From Candidatus Thorarchaeota archaeon (GTDB taxonomy: Archaea > Asgardarchaeota > Thorarchaeia > Thorarchaeales > Thorarchaeaceae): a DNA stretch of 32,000 bases. Below are positions 1-8,613 of the stretch, piece by piece. The stretch lies in contig SHMX01000010.1 of assembly GCA_008080745.1 (NCBI GenBank), positions 30,001 through 62,000 of the forward strand, given 5' to 3'. The position numbers were made by a program, and so were the translations under genes. Each line of letters opens with the position of its first letter. Position 1 is the first letter of the stretch. The notes under the pieces are model-generated. The model ran no database searches. It saw only the letters and a program-made list of their open reading frames with translations, and was not told the DNA's origin.

Positions 1-1
1 C

Positions 2-103
2 GCTGGGTTCGATCTGGATCATGAAACGGCAGCGACTGCTGTGACCATTGGGACCCTATTGCTGTTGCCCGTTATTCCCTTCTTTCCCCTCCTATTCTCC
101 TGA
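2..103 (+). CDS. possible 3' end of an upstream (membrane?) protein, truncated by the window edge
   Basis: Frame 2 is open from base 2 to TGA at 101-103 and reads AGFDLDHETAATAVTIGTLLLLPVIPFFPLLFS (hydrophobic end); too short to be sure it is coding. Confidence 0.3.
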   Translation, partial: AGFDLDHETAATAVTIGTLLLLPVIPFFPLLFS

Positions 104-160
104 CGTCTTATCTGAAGGCATATATCGTTCCCAAACCACATACTCGTGCAGGTGACTAGT

Positions 161-478
161 TTGGTTGATACTGAAAAACAGAACGATCCAGAAACCATCA
201 AAAAATCTCTGGATGATGTGGTAGAACAGCTTGAACAAGATCCCAAAGGAAGCAAATCTTGGGCATCATCCATGTCCTCTAATAGAGAACGTTGGGAGGA
301 ACTAAAGAGGGAGATCCAGAAACGGCAGAAGGAACTAAAGCGGCTAGTACAAGAAAAGAAATCAGGTATTATTGGTCCAGAAGAGTTTGATGAAAAGTAT
401 CGTGTACTTCAGGACGAGCTTACCGAACTAGAATTTCAAGTATACAACATGAGATTAGGCACCAAGGTTGATGCCTAA
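161..478 (+). CDS. small coiled-coil hypothetical protein with a SHOCT-like C-terminal motif
   Basis: ORF 146-478; likely start TTG 161 after AGGTGA (150-155). Charged heptad-like helix and LKRLVQEKKSGIIGPEEFDEKYRVL resembling the SHOCT pattern. Confidence 0.6.
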   Translation: MVDTEKQNDPETIKKSLDDVVEQLEQDPKGSKSWASSMSSNRERWEELKREIQKRQKELKRLVQEKKSGIIGPEEFDEKYRVLQDELTELEFQVYNMRLGTKVDA

Positions 479-489
479 TCTTCTATCGT

Positions 490-1554
490 TCAAAACGTTT
501 CTTCGGATTTGGCTCTCTGAATCAGGACTATAGCTTCAAGAATAGCGATTACTGCTAAGATACCTGAAACTCCTATCAATACCAAGATTATAGTACCCTC
601 ACCTGCTGAAGCCTCAGCTTGATTTAGGCTATTAACAATAGCACCAAGATTATAGGTCATTAGTGAAACATAGTCATTCATCTCTGCGAATGAGAGCGTT
701 CTTACCCAAGATAATGGTGAGTTGGTATCCTGAGCTAACTGGGTGGCAAATTCTCCACCCGCTTGAAGCAATGCTACTTCAGACCCAATTATGATGTCAA
801 TACTACCATTTCCAAGCCCATTCTGTATCTCTAGTAATTCTCCACCAGAGATAAACGTATTTTCCCCTTCTTGAAGGACTTGAACAACCTCAATTCCAAA
901 TGTTTCTGCAACATATGCTTCGGCTGGAAAGACCACAACTGCTGTAAGTTCAGAGAAATCATACTCCGAGTCAAAAGCAATCACCAAGTCCTGAAAATCT
1001 TCTACGCGCTCAACGAAAGCATCGAAATTCTCTGACCATGTGTCGCTGTGAGTGGAATTCAATCCGGAAAGGGCCACTCGAGTAGCATTCGCAATTGCAA
1101 TTGCATTTCTGGGTAATAACCAGTATCCATGGGGGTTTCCTTCGTGATCATGTTCATCTTGTGCAACGGAGTGGTCATGCTCTTCGTCACCTGGAAACGG
1201 CGACAACTCTGCTCCATATCCTTCAAAATCCTCGAGCCCGATAAAGGGAGTATCTACAGTGGTCGCGAGACTTTCCTCCCATGGAAAGTGTCCAGTGAAG
1301 ACTAGCAAATCAGCTTCTTCTGCTGCATTAATAGCCTCTTGGGGAAGTTGAGCCACATGGGGTTCTATTCCTTCTGGAAGCAAAATTGTAGTGTCGATTA
1401 AATCTCCTCCCGCTGCCTCAACAAGACCTGCCAAGGGTGTGATGGATACCGCTACCTTTAGAATTGGACTTTCTTGTGCATGAACTGCTGGAAAAACCGA
1501 CACCATATTAATCGATAATAGCACAATAATCAAAATCGAGAACTTTTTTTTCAT
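490..1554 (-). CDS. znuA: metal ABC transporter substrate-binding protein (ZnuA/TroA cluster A-I) with His-rich loop, signal peptide and C-terminal TM anchor
   Basis: VAVSITPL..LVEAAGGD, LLPEGIEPH, DLLVFTG and NPHGYWL motifs; loop DEEHDHSVAQDEHDHE; start placed at ATG 1554 (MKKKFSILII signal peptide); hydrophobic C-terminal helix. Confidence 0.88.
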   Translation of the reverse strand: MKKKFSILIIVLLSINMVSVFPAVHAQESPILKVAVSITPLAGLVEAAGGDLIDTTILLPEGIEPHVAQLPQEAINAAEEADLLVFTGHFPWEESLATTVDTPFIGLEDFEGYGAELSPFPGDEEHDHSVAQDEHDHEGNPHGYWLLPRNAIAIANATRVALSGLNSTHSDTWSENFDAFVERVEDFQDLVIAFDSEYDFSELTAVVVFPAEAYVAETFGIEVVQVLQEGENTFISGGELLEIQNGLGNGSIDIIIGSEVALLQAGGEFATQLAQDTNSPLSWVRTLSFAEMNDYVSLMTYNLGAIVNSLNQAEASAGEGTIILVLIGVSGILAVIAILEAIVLIQRAKSEETF

Positions 1555-1690
1555 CTTAGTAAAACCCCATGATTTCTTCATCCACACAAAAAAATGTTAC
1601 TTTGAATGGTTTTTCCATCAATGTTATTAAAGGTTATGCTCCTACTAATTCGCCTGAGTAAGTTACGAAACATAACAAAGAGATGATATT

Positions 1691-2095
1691 ATGCCGATAG
1701 TAGCTGTTTCAATGCCGGAATCTGATTTGAAAGAATTAGAATTCCTGAGAGAGGAAGGCGGCTTTAATAGCCGATCAGATGTTGTGCGACAAGCCATTCA
1801 GATATTACTATCTCGTCATCAAGACCTCGATAAAATAAAAGGTCATGTGACAGTTATTGCAACTGCAGTATATGATAAGAAACTGAAGGGATTCCAATCA
1901 AAATCTATTCTCGATAACTATAGTTCGCTTGTATCGACAGTGATCCATACAAAAGCGCACTCCGGAGAGAGTATCGAGATTATGATTGTGAAAGGTAATG
2001 CTGATGATGTGAGAGCCTTTGTAAAAGACATCAAGGGAGATATCCATATGACAAGACTGCACATGGCTCTCATCGGGGGATCAATTGATGAGTAA
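1691..2095 (+). CDS. nikR: NikR/CopG-family ribbon-helix-helix regulator with ACT-like C-domain (degenerate Ni site)
   Basis: N-terminal RHH (MPIVAVSMPE..GFNSRSDVVRQAI) and C-terminal VYD..TVIH..IEIMIVKG..V..F pattern of NikR; first gene of the transporter operon. Confidence 0.8.
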   Translation: MPIVAVSMPESDLKELEFLREEGGFNSRSDVVRQAIQILLSRHQDLDKIKGHVTVIATAVYDKKLKGFQSKSILDNYSSLVSTVIHTKAHSGESIEIMIVKGNADDVRAFVKDIKGDIHMTRLHMALIGGSIDE

Positions 2096-2894
2096 GTCAA
2101 ACTTATTGTTTGATGTACAAGACCTAGCTGTAAAATATCCCAATGGTGACTTTGCCCTTCATCACGTTAACTTCACTGTAGAATCGCCAAGTTTCATGGC
2201 CATCATAGGCCCTAATGGGTCTGGGAAGAGTACTCTTCTCAAGACGGCATTAGGATTGATTCGTCCCACACGAGGGACCATCAAGATGATGGGCTATGAT
2301 TCTGTACGTGATGGTCATAAGATACAACGTATGGTAAGATATGTCCCACAAAGGGACCAAATCGGCCTAAACATTCCTATGAAGGTAAAAGATATTGCTC
2401 TCATGGGACGTCTATTGAAAAAACGCCCTCCCAGGTTTGCATCTTCGAAGGACAAGGAAATCACCAGACAAGCACTTGAGAAGGTAGATATGCAGGATTT
2501 CTGGGACCGTCCCTTTCCAGAATTATCTGGTGGTCAACGACAAAGAGTCCTTGTTGCCAGAGCTTTAGCAGGAAAGGGAAGCATTCTAATTCTTGATGAG
2601 CCTCTGGCGGGTACAGATGCTGAAAGTCAGCGTCTTATCGTTGATGCACTTGAGGACTATCATAAAAACAATGATGTTAGTATAGTAATGGTCACACATG
2701 ACTTGAATCCAATTCATAGAATGGTCAAGAACGTTTTGCTTCTGAAACGAACAGTGATTGGAATTGGAGCTCCTTGTTCCATCATGGATGTTGATCTTTT
2801 AACTAAAGTCTATGGGCCAACAGCCCGAATTGTTGAGTATGCTGGCCATCGTTACTGCGTAACCCATGATTCAGGAATGGATCGACATGAATGA
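2088..2894 (+). CDS. znuC: metal ABC transporter ATP-binding protein (ZnuC/TroB type)
   Basis: Walker A GPNGSGKS, YVPQ Q-loop, LSGGQRQR signature, LILDEP Walker B, VTHDL; start overlaps the nikR-like stop. Confidence 0.9.
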   Translation: MSKSNLLFDVQDLAVKYPNGDFALHHVNFTVESPSFMAIIGPNGSGKSTLLKTALGLIRPTRGTIKMMGYDSVRDGHKIQRMVRYVPQRDQIGLNIPMKVKDIALMGRLLKKRPPRFASSKDKEITRQALEKVDMQDFWDRPFPELSGGQRQRVLVARALAGKGSILILDEPLAGTDAESQRLIVDALEDYHKNNDVSIVMVTHDLNPIHRMVKNVLLLKRTVIGIGAPCSIMDVDLLTKVYGPTARIVEYAGHRYCVTHDSGMDRHE

Positions 2895-3831
2895 GATATT
2901 CCAACTATTTACAATCCCCTTTTTTCAACGAGCACTCATTGCATCAATCCTTATCGCAGTAGTAGCTTCCACGAGTGGATCCTTTCTTGTATTTCGTGGA
3001 CTCTCGTTCATGACATCTGGTGTAGCTCATGCTGCTTTGGGTGGAGCGGCATTAGGAATGTTTTTGCAATATTCCGGGATTGTACCTTGGTTCGATCCCA
3101 TTCTTGGCGCGCTTATCTTTAGTGTACTCGTTGCGGTGGTTACAGGCTATGCTGGAGAGAGTGGTATCTCTCAAAAGATGGAAGTTGCGGTTGGTGTATC
3201 TTTTGCTCTTTCAATGAGCATTGCTGTTTTTCTTTTGCATTATATTCCTCCTACTCAGGTTCCTCAAGTCTGGGGGTATCTGATAGGTGATATTCTCCTT
3301 CTGGATAATTTAGATGTGATTCTTCTAGGCGGCACTGCAGCTGTTCTAGTTCTTATTGCCTTGTTATTCAACAAAGAATACGTCTATGTCAGCGTCGATA
3401 TGGAGGGTTCAATCGCGCATGGCTTGAATGCACGAGCCTATCATTATATGATGTTAATCACTTCGGCATTAGCCATCGCATTTGCCACAAAAGCAGTGGG
3501 TGCTATTTTAGTCTACGCCATTATGGTAGCCCCTGCAGCAGCATCCAATGAGATTATGCGTTCAGTTCGTGGAGTTATGGTGACTGTATTTATCTTCGCC
3601 TTGATTTCAGAGATTGTGGGCTTGGCTGCGTCTCTTGCTATTCAAGCATCTCCTAGTGCAATTGCAGGGATAATAGCAGCACTCATCTATGTTGTTTCCA
3701 TGCAGGTCAAGCGGATTCGCGAGAGAGCCGCTTCCAATCAGGACTTTCCAGAAGTAGAGGACCTCTCAGAAACATTTCACGAATCACTTTCCGCAAGTGC
3801 CGAGCAAGCGCATGAACATGAACATGAATAG
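2887..3831 (+). CDS. znuB: metal ABC transporter permease (ZnuB/ABC-3 family) with His/acidic C-terminal tail
   Basis: FFQRALIA, GVAHAALGG, YLIGDIL, VGAILV..IMVAPAA motifs; ATG 2887 overlaps the znuC end; tail ends AHEHEHE (CATGAA x3 at 3811-3828). Confidence 0.9.
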   Translation: MNEIFQLFTIPFFQRALIASILIAVVASTSGSFLVFRGLSFMTSGVAHAALGGAALGMFLQYSGIVPWFDPILGALIFSVLVAVVTGYAGESGISQKMEVAVGVSFALSMSIAVFLLHYIPPTQVPQVWGYLIGDILLLDNLDVILLGGTAAVLVLIALLFNKEYVYVSVDMEGSIAHGLNARAYHYMMLITSALAIAFATKAVGAILVYAIMVAPAAASNEIMRSVRGVMVTVFIFALISEIVGLAASLAIQASPSAIAGIIAALIYVVSMQVKRIRERAASNQDFPEVEDLSETFHESLSASAEQAHEHEHE

Positions 3832-3905
3832 AACGATATTCGTTTAGTCGGTATCTTTAAGTGGGAATATCAATCTCTCGCGATTCAAGGTCGGTGTGAC
3901 TCATA

Positions 3906-4304
3906 GTGAGCGACAATACTCCTGATAAAAGCGAATTGATGCGTTCCAACATAGTAACTATACTATTTACCGTCATATTGCTAGTGATCGCTCTGACGCT
4001 ATGGGCGTGGTCCTCACCAGATGTTGTAGATACCAGCCCCGTTGGTGCAATCACCGAAATCAATCCCTGGCTACTCTGGGGAATTGAATTAGTTATTATG
4101 ATTGGGTTGTTCTTCTTTGCCTCCCTATCCACTATTAACTTACGACTTATGATTAGTGGAATCCGTGCAGGTTGGACTGAGATGATTGCACTTATCATCG
4201 TAGTTACAGCTCTTGCCTTTTTCATGTTCAGTCCTGAATTGGCTGCAGCAACTCTTGTTGCAACTTTGGGTATCTTATCATACTTCTATATGATTCAACG
4301 GTGA
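3906..4304 (+). CDS. hypothetical membrane protein (about 4 TM helices)
   Basis: GTG start, four hydrophobic segments, fills the gap between znuB and psmA. Confidence 0.7.
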   Translation: MSDNTPDKSELMRSNIVTILFTVILLVIALTLWAWSSPDVVDTSPVGAITEINPWLLWGIELVIMIGLFFFASLSTINLRLMISGIRAGWTEMIALIIVVTALAFFMFSPELAAATLVATLGILSYFYMIQR

Positions 4305-4305
4305 T

Positions 4306-4324
4306 TTGGACTCTGCGAGTCCAA
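4306..4324 (+). terminator. stem-loop just after the stop codon
   Basis: TTGGACTC-TGC-GAGTCCAA, 8-bp perfect stem 1 nt after TGA 4302-4304. Confidence 0.45.
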
Positions 4325-4504
4325 TCCCATACCTATTTATAGTACCAGAAGCTTTATGAGTTATTTAAAGTCTTAAGCTTTCGAGCCTGATGCAAAAGAA
4401 TGCTAAGGGCAATTGATATCGGCCAAGTCGGGCGTTAGGATATTACGGAATTGTCAGGATTAGCCCTTTGAGGTTCTGACTTTCGACACATACTTAATGA
4501 CTTA

Positions 4505-5254
4505 TTGGAGGAATTTACTATATTCGGAATCTCTGGACGCGGGTATGATATGTCCACAAGTGTATTTAGCCCAGATGGGCGTATCTTTGCTGCAGAATAT
4601 GCAAAGAAAGCGGTAGAACAAGGTGCAACATCTATTGGTGTATTATGCAAGGATGGTGTTGTACTTCTTGCTGAAAAGAAACTCATGCCCCTACAAGAAC
4701 CAGATAGTATTGAGAAAATCTCAAAGGTTGACGAGCATATCGCAGTTGCAACCTCTGGACTAATGGCTGATGCGCGGTATCTTATTAGAGAGGCCCGAAT
4801 GCATACTCAGTCCTACTGGCTGAACTATGATGAACCAATCACTGCAGAGGCTCTTGCAGATTATATCTGCGACTTGAAAGCAACCCGTCTATCCATCGAT
4901 AGAGAACGTCCTGGTGGTAGACCTTTTGGTGTTGCAATGATAATTGCCTCAGTAGACTATGATGACACTCCTCGACTGATGGTCACGGATCCCGTGGGCA
5001 CGTCATGGGGATATTTAGCAACTGTCATTGGTCGTGGTAGTTCTCGTGCTGGTGCACATCTGGAACAACATTACAAGCGTTCCATTACCGTTTCAAAAGG
5101 TATCAAGGTCGCACTTGATGCATTACGCGAGGCTGGAGATATTGAACTGACTCCTCATAATGTGGAGATTGCAAAAATACCTGTAAAAACCAAACAGTTT
5201 CAAAGACTAACCCCTGATGAAATAGAGGCATTAGTGGAGCCTAAAGAGGAGTAA
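4505..5254 (+). CDS. psmA: 20S proteasome alpha subunit (divergent)
   Basis: GYD..SVFSPDGR..EYA..AV..G.T.IG, EKISKVDEHIAVATSGLMADAR, RPFGV, DPVG..ATVIGRGS. Start TTG 4505 or ATA 4520 (see findings). Confidence 0.93.
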   Translation: MEEFTIFGISGRGYDMSTSVFSPDGRIFAAEYAKKAVEQGATSIGVLCKDGVVLLAEKKLMPLQEPDSIEKISKVDEHIAVATSGLMADARYLIREARMHTQSYWLNYDEPITAEALADYICDLKATRLSIDRERPGGRPFGVAMIIASVDYDDTPRLMVTDPVGTSWGYLATVIGRGSSRAGAHLEQHYKRSITVSKGIKVALDALREAGDIELTPHNVEIAKIPVKTKQFQRLTPDEIEALVEPKEE

Positions 5255-5282
5255 GTATCTATAGGAGTTGAAAATAACTTTG

Positions 5283-6005
5283 ATGGGATCTGGTAAGAAA
5301 TCTGGTGAGAAGTGGCTTGACCTCGATGCAGTAGTTGTGGGAATTCAGAAAGGACATCTTAGATTCGAAATCTTTGTGGACCCCGATCTCGCATTCGAAT
5401 ACCGTCGTGGTGAGGACATCCCTCTTGAGGAGATACTCAAGAGCTACGAGATTTATGAAGATGCAAGACGTGGAGAAAAAGCCTCTGACGATCTGGCTGA
5501 AGATACCTTTGGCACATCAGAGATCTTTCAAATTGCTCCAGAGATTATCAAACATGGTGAGTTCAAGCTTACACATGAACAACGAACTCATCTAGTTGAA
5601 GAGAAGACCGCAGAAATCATCCATAACATAGCAAAACGTGCAATGAACCCTAAGACAGGCCATCCCCATCCTCCCGATCGAATAGCTCAAGCAATGGAAG
5701 AAGCAAAAGTGCGTGTGGACCCCTTCATTAAGGTTGAAGAACAGGTTCCTGGAATTGTCAAGGCACTTCGTGTCATTATTCCTATATCTTTTGAGAGTGT
5801 AAAATTGAGAGTTACTCTTCCTGCTGCTCATACTGGAAAAGGATACAACCTAGTTGCAGAGGCTGGAGTAATCAAATCAGAAACATGGGAAAAGGATGGA
5901 TCATGGACTGGAGTTGTGGAGCTTCCTGCTGCACAACGTCAAGAACTCTATGATAATTTGAATAAATTGACAAAGGGTCAAGTTAGGATTGAAGTAATTA
6001 GATAG
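5283..6005 (+). CDS. sdo1: ribosome maturation factor SBDS/Sdo1
   Basis: RFEIFVDP, IY.DARRGEKAS, GEFKLT.EQR, NPKTGHPHPPDRI..AMEEAKV, PISFE; canonical position before rrp4. ORF extends to TTG 5268. Confidence 0.95.
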   Translation: MGSGKKSGEKWLDLDAVVVGIQKGHLRFEIFVDPDLAFEYRRGEDIPLEEILKSYEIYEDARRGEKASDDLAEDTFGTSEIFQIAPEIIKHGEFKLTHEQRTHLVEEKTAEIIHNIAKRAMNPKTGHPHPPDRIAQAMEEAKVRVDPFIKVEEQVPGIVKALRVIIPISFESVKLRVTLPAAHTGKGYNLVAEAGVIKSETWEKDGSWTGVVELPAAQRQELYDNLNKLTKGQVRIEVIR

Positions 6006-6061
6006 AAGATTTCACATAATAATCGGATAAGGATAGATAACAGTAGAAAGAGGAATAAAAG

Positions 6062-6808
6062 TTGGCTGTCTACTTTCAGAAGCGAGAGATTGTAGTTCCA
6101 GGACAGCTGTTAGCAGAAGGCCGTTATCGGCCCTCTTATGGTACCTATGCTGACAGAGAAGGCAAAGTTTTCTCTGCAGTTGTTGGCCTAGCAGAGCTTC
6201 GTGGAAATACAGTCAAAGTTGTAGCCCTAGAGGGTGTCTATACCCCTCGTGAGGGTGACTTAGTAATTGGAAAAATCACACAGGTTGTAGGAAATAACTG
6301 GCGTGTCGATATTGGTGGTCCCTATGGGGCCTCTCTGCACGCTAACAATGCACTACGTCGACCATACAAAGATGACATCTCCTATTACATGGATATTGGT
6401 GATGTAATCGTTGCAGAGGTTTCGACTTTTGACCGTGTAACCGGACCATTTCTGTCAATGAAGGGTCGTGGATTACGAAAACTAGAAGGTGGAATGATTC
6501 TTCATGTAAGCCCCGCAAAGGTCCCGCGTATTATCGGACGAAGAGGCTCGATGATTAACATGATCAAGGACACCTTAGGAATCCAGACCGTAGTAGCACA
6601 AAATGGTCGCATCTGGGTACGTGCAAAGAATATACCCACAATACGTCTAGCTATCAAGGCATTTCGCATGATTGAAGACCAAGCACATACATCAAATCTT
6701 ACAGATCGTGTGAAAAATATGCTTGAGGAAGAATTAGCAAATCTTGAAGATGAGACCGAAAATGAAGAAGATAATGAAGAAGAAAAAATGGAGGATAATG
6801 AAGAATGA
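6062..6808 (+). CDS. rrp4: exosome RNA-binding cap subunit Rrp4 (S1+KH) with acidic tail
   Basis: IVVPGQLL, YTPREGDLVIGKI, WRVDIGGPY, KH motif PAKVPRIIGRRGSMI, VAQNGRIWV. Confidence 0.95.
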   Translation: MAVYFQKREIVVPGQLLAEGRYRPSYGTYADREGKVFSAVVGLAELRGNTVKVVALEGVYTPREGDLVIGKITQVVGNNWRVDIGGPYGASLHANNALRRPYKDDISYYMDIGDVIVAEVSTFDRVTGPFLSMKGRGLRKLEGGMILHVSPAKVPRIIGRRGSMINMIKDTLGIQTVVAQNGRIWVRAKNIPTIRLAIKAFRMIEDQAHTSNLTDRVKNMLEEELANLEDETENEEDNEEEKMEDNEE

Positions 6809-7626
6809 GTCCCGACGATAAGCCGGATAATCTGATTAATGCAGAGGGTCTCAGAGTAGATGGAAGACGCCCGGATGAACTCCGACCGGTTGAGATGAAA
6901 GTTGGTGTATTGAAGCAAGCTGACGGATCAGCATCAATTAGACAAGGAAATACATACATTCTTGCTGCAGTTTACGGACCTCGTGAATTACATCCAAGAC
7001 ACCTTACTTTGAACGATCGTGCCTATCTTCGAGTTGTCTACAGAATGGCAACTTTCTCAGTACCTGATAGGAAACGACCTGCACCATCTCGTCGTGAGAG
7101 AGAAATATCAATGGTTATTGCCAATGCTCTAGAACCCGCTCTATTTCTAGAAGAGTTCCCACGAGCGGTAGTAGATGTTTTCATTCAAGTAATACAGGCT
7201 GATGGTGGCACCCGTTGTGCATCAATAAATGCAGCATCCTTGGCTTTAGCTGATGCTGGTATTCCTATGCGAACACTGGTTCCTTCAGTAGCTGTTGGGA
7301 AAGCACAAGGAACACTTCTTTTGGACCTTGGTGATGCTGAGGACAAATATGGAGAAGGCGACATTCCTCTGGCAACCCTTCCCCCTCAGGATGACATAAC
7401 ACTGTTACAACAAGATGGTCATTTCACGAAGGAGGAATTGCTTGAAGCGATTGAAATGGGCGTTACTGCTTGCAAATACATGCACGAGCTTCAGAAAGAG
7501 GCTCTAAAACAGGCATATGCAAAGCGGCGTCCTGCTGATGATGCTGAAGTTGACGATGAAGACGATGATGATTACGAGGATGATTTGGAAACCGACCTCG
7601 GAGAATCTGATTTGGAGGAGGAATAG
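6805..7626 (+). CDS. rrp41: exosome catalytic RNase PH subunit Rrp41 with acidic tail
   Basis: R.DGRRPDELRP, ADGSA, AVYGPRE, SRREREIS, QADGGTRCASINAASLALADAG, DL...ED..GEGD; phosphorolytic residues appear intact. Confidence 0.96.
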   Translation: MSPDDKPDNLINAEGLRVDGRRPDELRPVEMKVGVLKQADGSASIRQGNTYILAAVYGPRELHPRHLTLNDRAYLRVVYRMATFSVPDRKRPAPSRREREISMVIANALEPALFLEEFPRAVVDVFIQVIQADGGTRCASINAASLALADAGIPMRTLVPSVAVGKAQGTLLLDLGDAEDKYGEGDIPLATLPPQDDITLLQQDGHFTKEELLEAIEMGVTACKYMHELQKEALKQAYAKRRPADDAEVDDEDDDDYEDDLETDLGESDLEEE

Positions 7627-7628
7627 TA

Positions 7629-8459
7629 ATGGGTGATTATAGCGCTGAAACAATTAGTCATATCGACCGAGATTACATCGCAGATCTCCTCAAACGTGGA
7701 GAACGTGTGGATGGCAGAAAATTCGATATGTATCGACCCTTAGAGATTGAGCTAAACCCTGTTGCTGCAAAAGCAGAGGGTTCTGCAATTGTACGACTGG
7801 GTGGTACAACTGTCATTGCTGGTGTCAAAGTACTTGTTGGTGAACCATACTCCGATAACCCGAATGAAGGTGTTGTCATGGTTACTGCAGAACTTGCTCC
7901 TATTGCTTCTCCCTTATTCGAACTTGGACCCCCTCGTGAAAATGCAATCGAGCTTGCTCGTGTTGTTGATCGTGGAGTTCGAGAATCAGAAACCATCGAT
8001 GTCAAACAATTGTGCATCGAGGAGGGTAAACGAGTCTACATGGTATTTGCAGATGTATATACCCTTGAATATGATGGTAATCTGATTGATGCAAGTTCCA
8101 TGGCTGTTAATGCAGCTCTGCTCACTACCGAATATGATGAGATGAAAGTAGAGGACAAGGATGTTGTCGCTACTGGTAAGAAGCTCAAACTCCCCGTCCA
8201 GAATATGGCTATTGAACATACTGTTTCTAAAATCGGTGATCATATTGTTATCGACCCTGTTCTGAAAGAAGAATTTGTTCAGGACTGTCGATTGACCATG
8301 GCCATTGATGACAGTGAGAAGTTCACAGCTCTGCAGAAGGGTGGTGGAAGCGGTCCAATGCCTATGTCTCAGATTGATGAAGCAATGGACATTGCCCTTG
8401 CTAGATCCAAAGAGATTCGCAAGGCAATCCGTGATGCTGTAGCATCCGGTTCAGAATAA
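7629..8459 (+). CDS. rrp42: exosome RNase PH subunit Rrp42
   Basis: RVDGRKFD.YR, KAEGSA.VRLG.T.V, ELARVVDRG.RES, YDGNLIDA, QKGG.G. Confidence 0.96.
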   Translation: MGDYSAETISHIDRDYIADLLKRGERVDGRKFDMYRPLEIELNPVAAKAEGSAIVRLGGTTVIAGVKVLVGEPYSDNPNEGVVMVTAELAPIASPLFELGPPRENAIELARVVDRGVRESETIDVKQLCIEEGKRVYMVFADVYTLEYDGNLIDASSMAVNAALLTTEYDEMKVEDKDVVATGKKLKLPVQNMAIEHTVSKIGDHIVIDPVLKEEFVQDCRLTMAIDDSEKFTALQKGGGSGPMPMSQIDEAMDIALARSKEIRKAIRDAVASGSE

Positions 8460-8465
8460 TACTAT

Positions 8466-8508
8466 GAATGAAAGGAGATTTGTATCAATGAATCTCCTTT
8501 TCTCATTC
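8466..8508 (+). terminator. long stem-loop in the rrp42-rpl37ae spacer
   Basis: AAAGGAGATT (8471-8480) pairs with AATCTCCTTT (8491-8500), extendable by GAATG/CATTC across a 3-nt bulge. Confidence 0.5.
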
Positions 8509-8613
8509 GACAAATAGATACGCTAATAAGTAGAGACGATGGGCGACTGATAGATTCCTCACGCCTATTGTGAATGACTTGGAATCGTGATAACTAATTA
8601 GGAGACCACTGAA

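Noticed and set aside
1660-1670. 11-bp inverted match AAGTTACGAAA with 17653-17663
   Set aside because: Many 11-mer matches are expected by chance in 32 kb.
8464-8510. SECIS or K-turn reading of the ATGA...GA hairpin after rrp42
   Set aside because: The tandem G-A core does not register with the stem, and no in-frame TGA selenoprotein candidate is present nearby.
8520-8613. Possible C/D box sRNA (CTGA and TGAATGA-like words)
   Set aside because: No proper RTGATGA C box and the box spacing does not fit.
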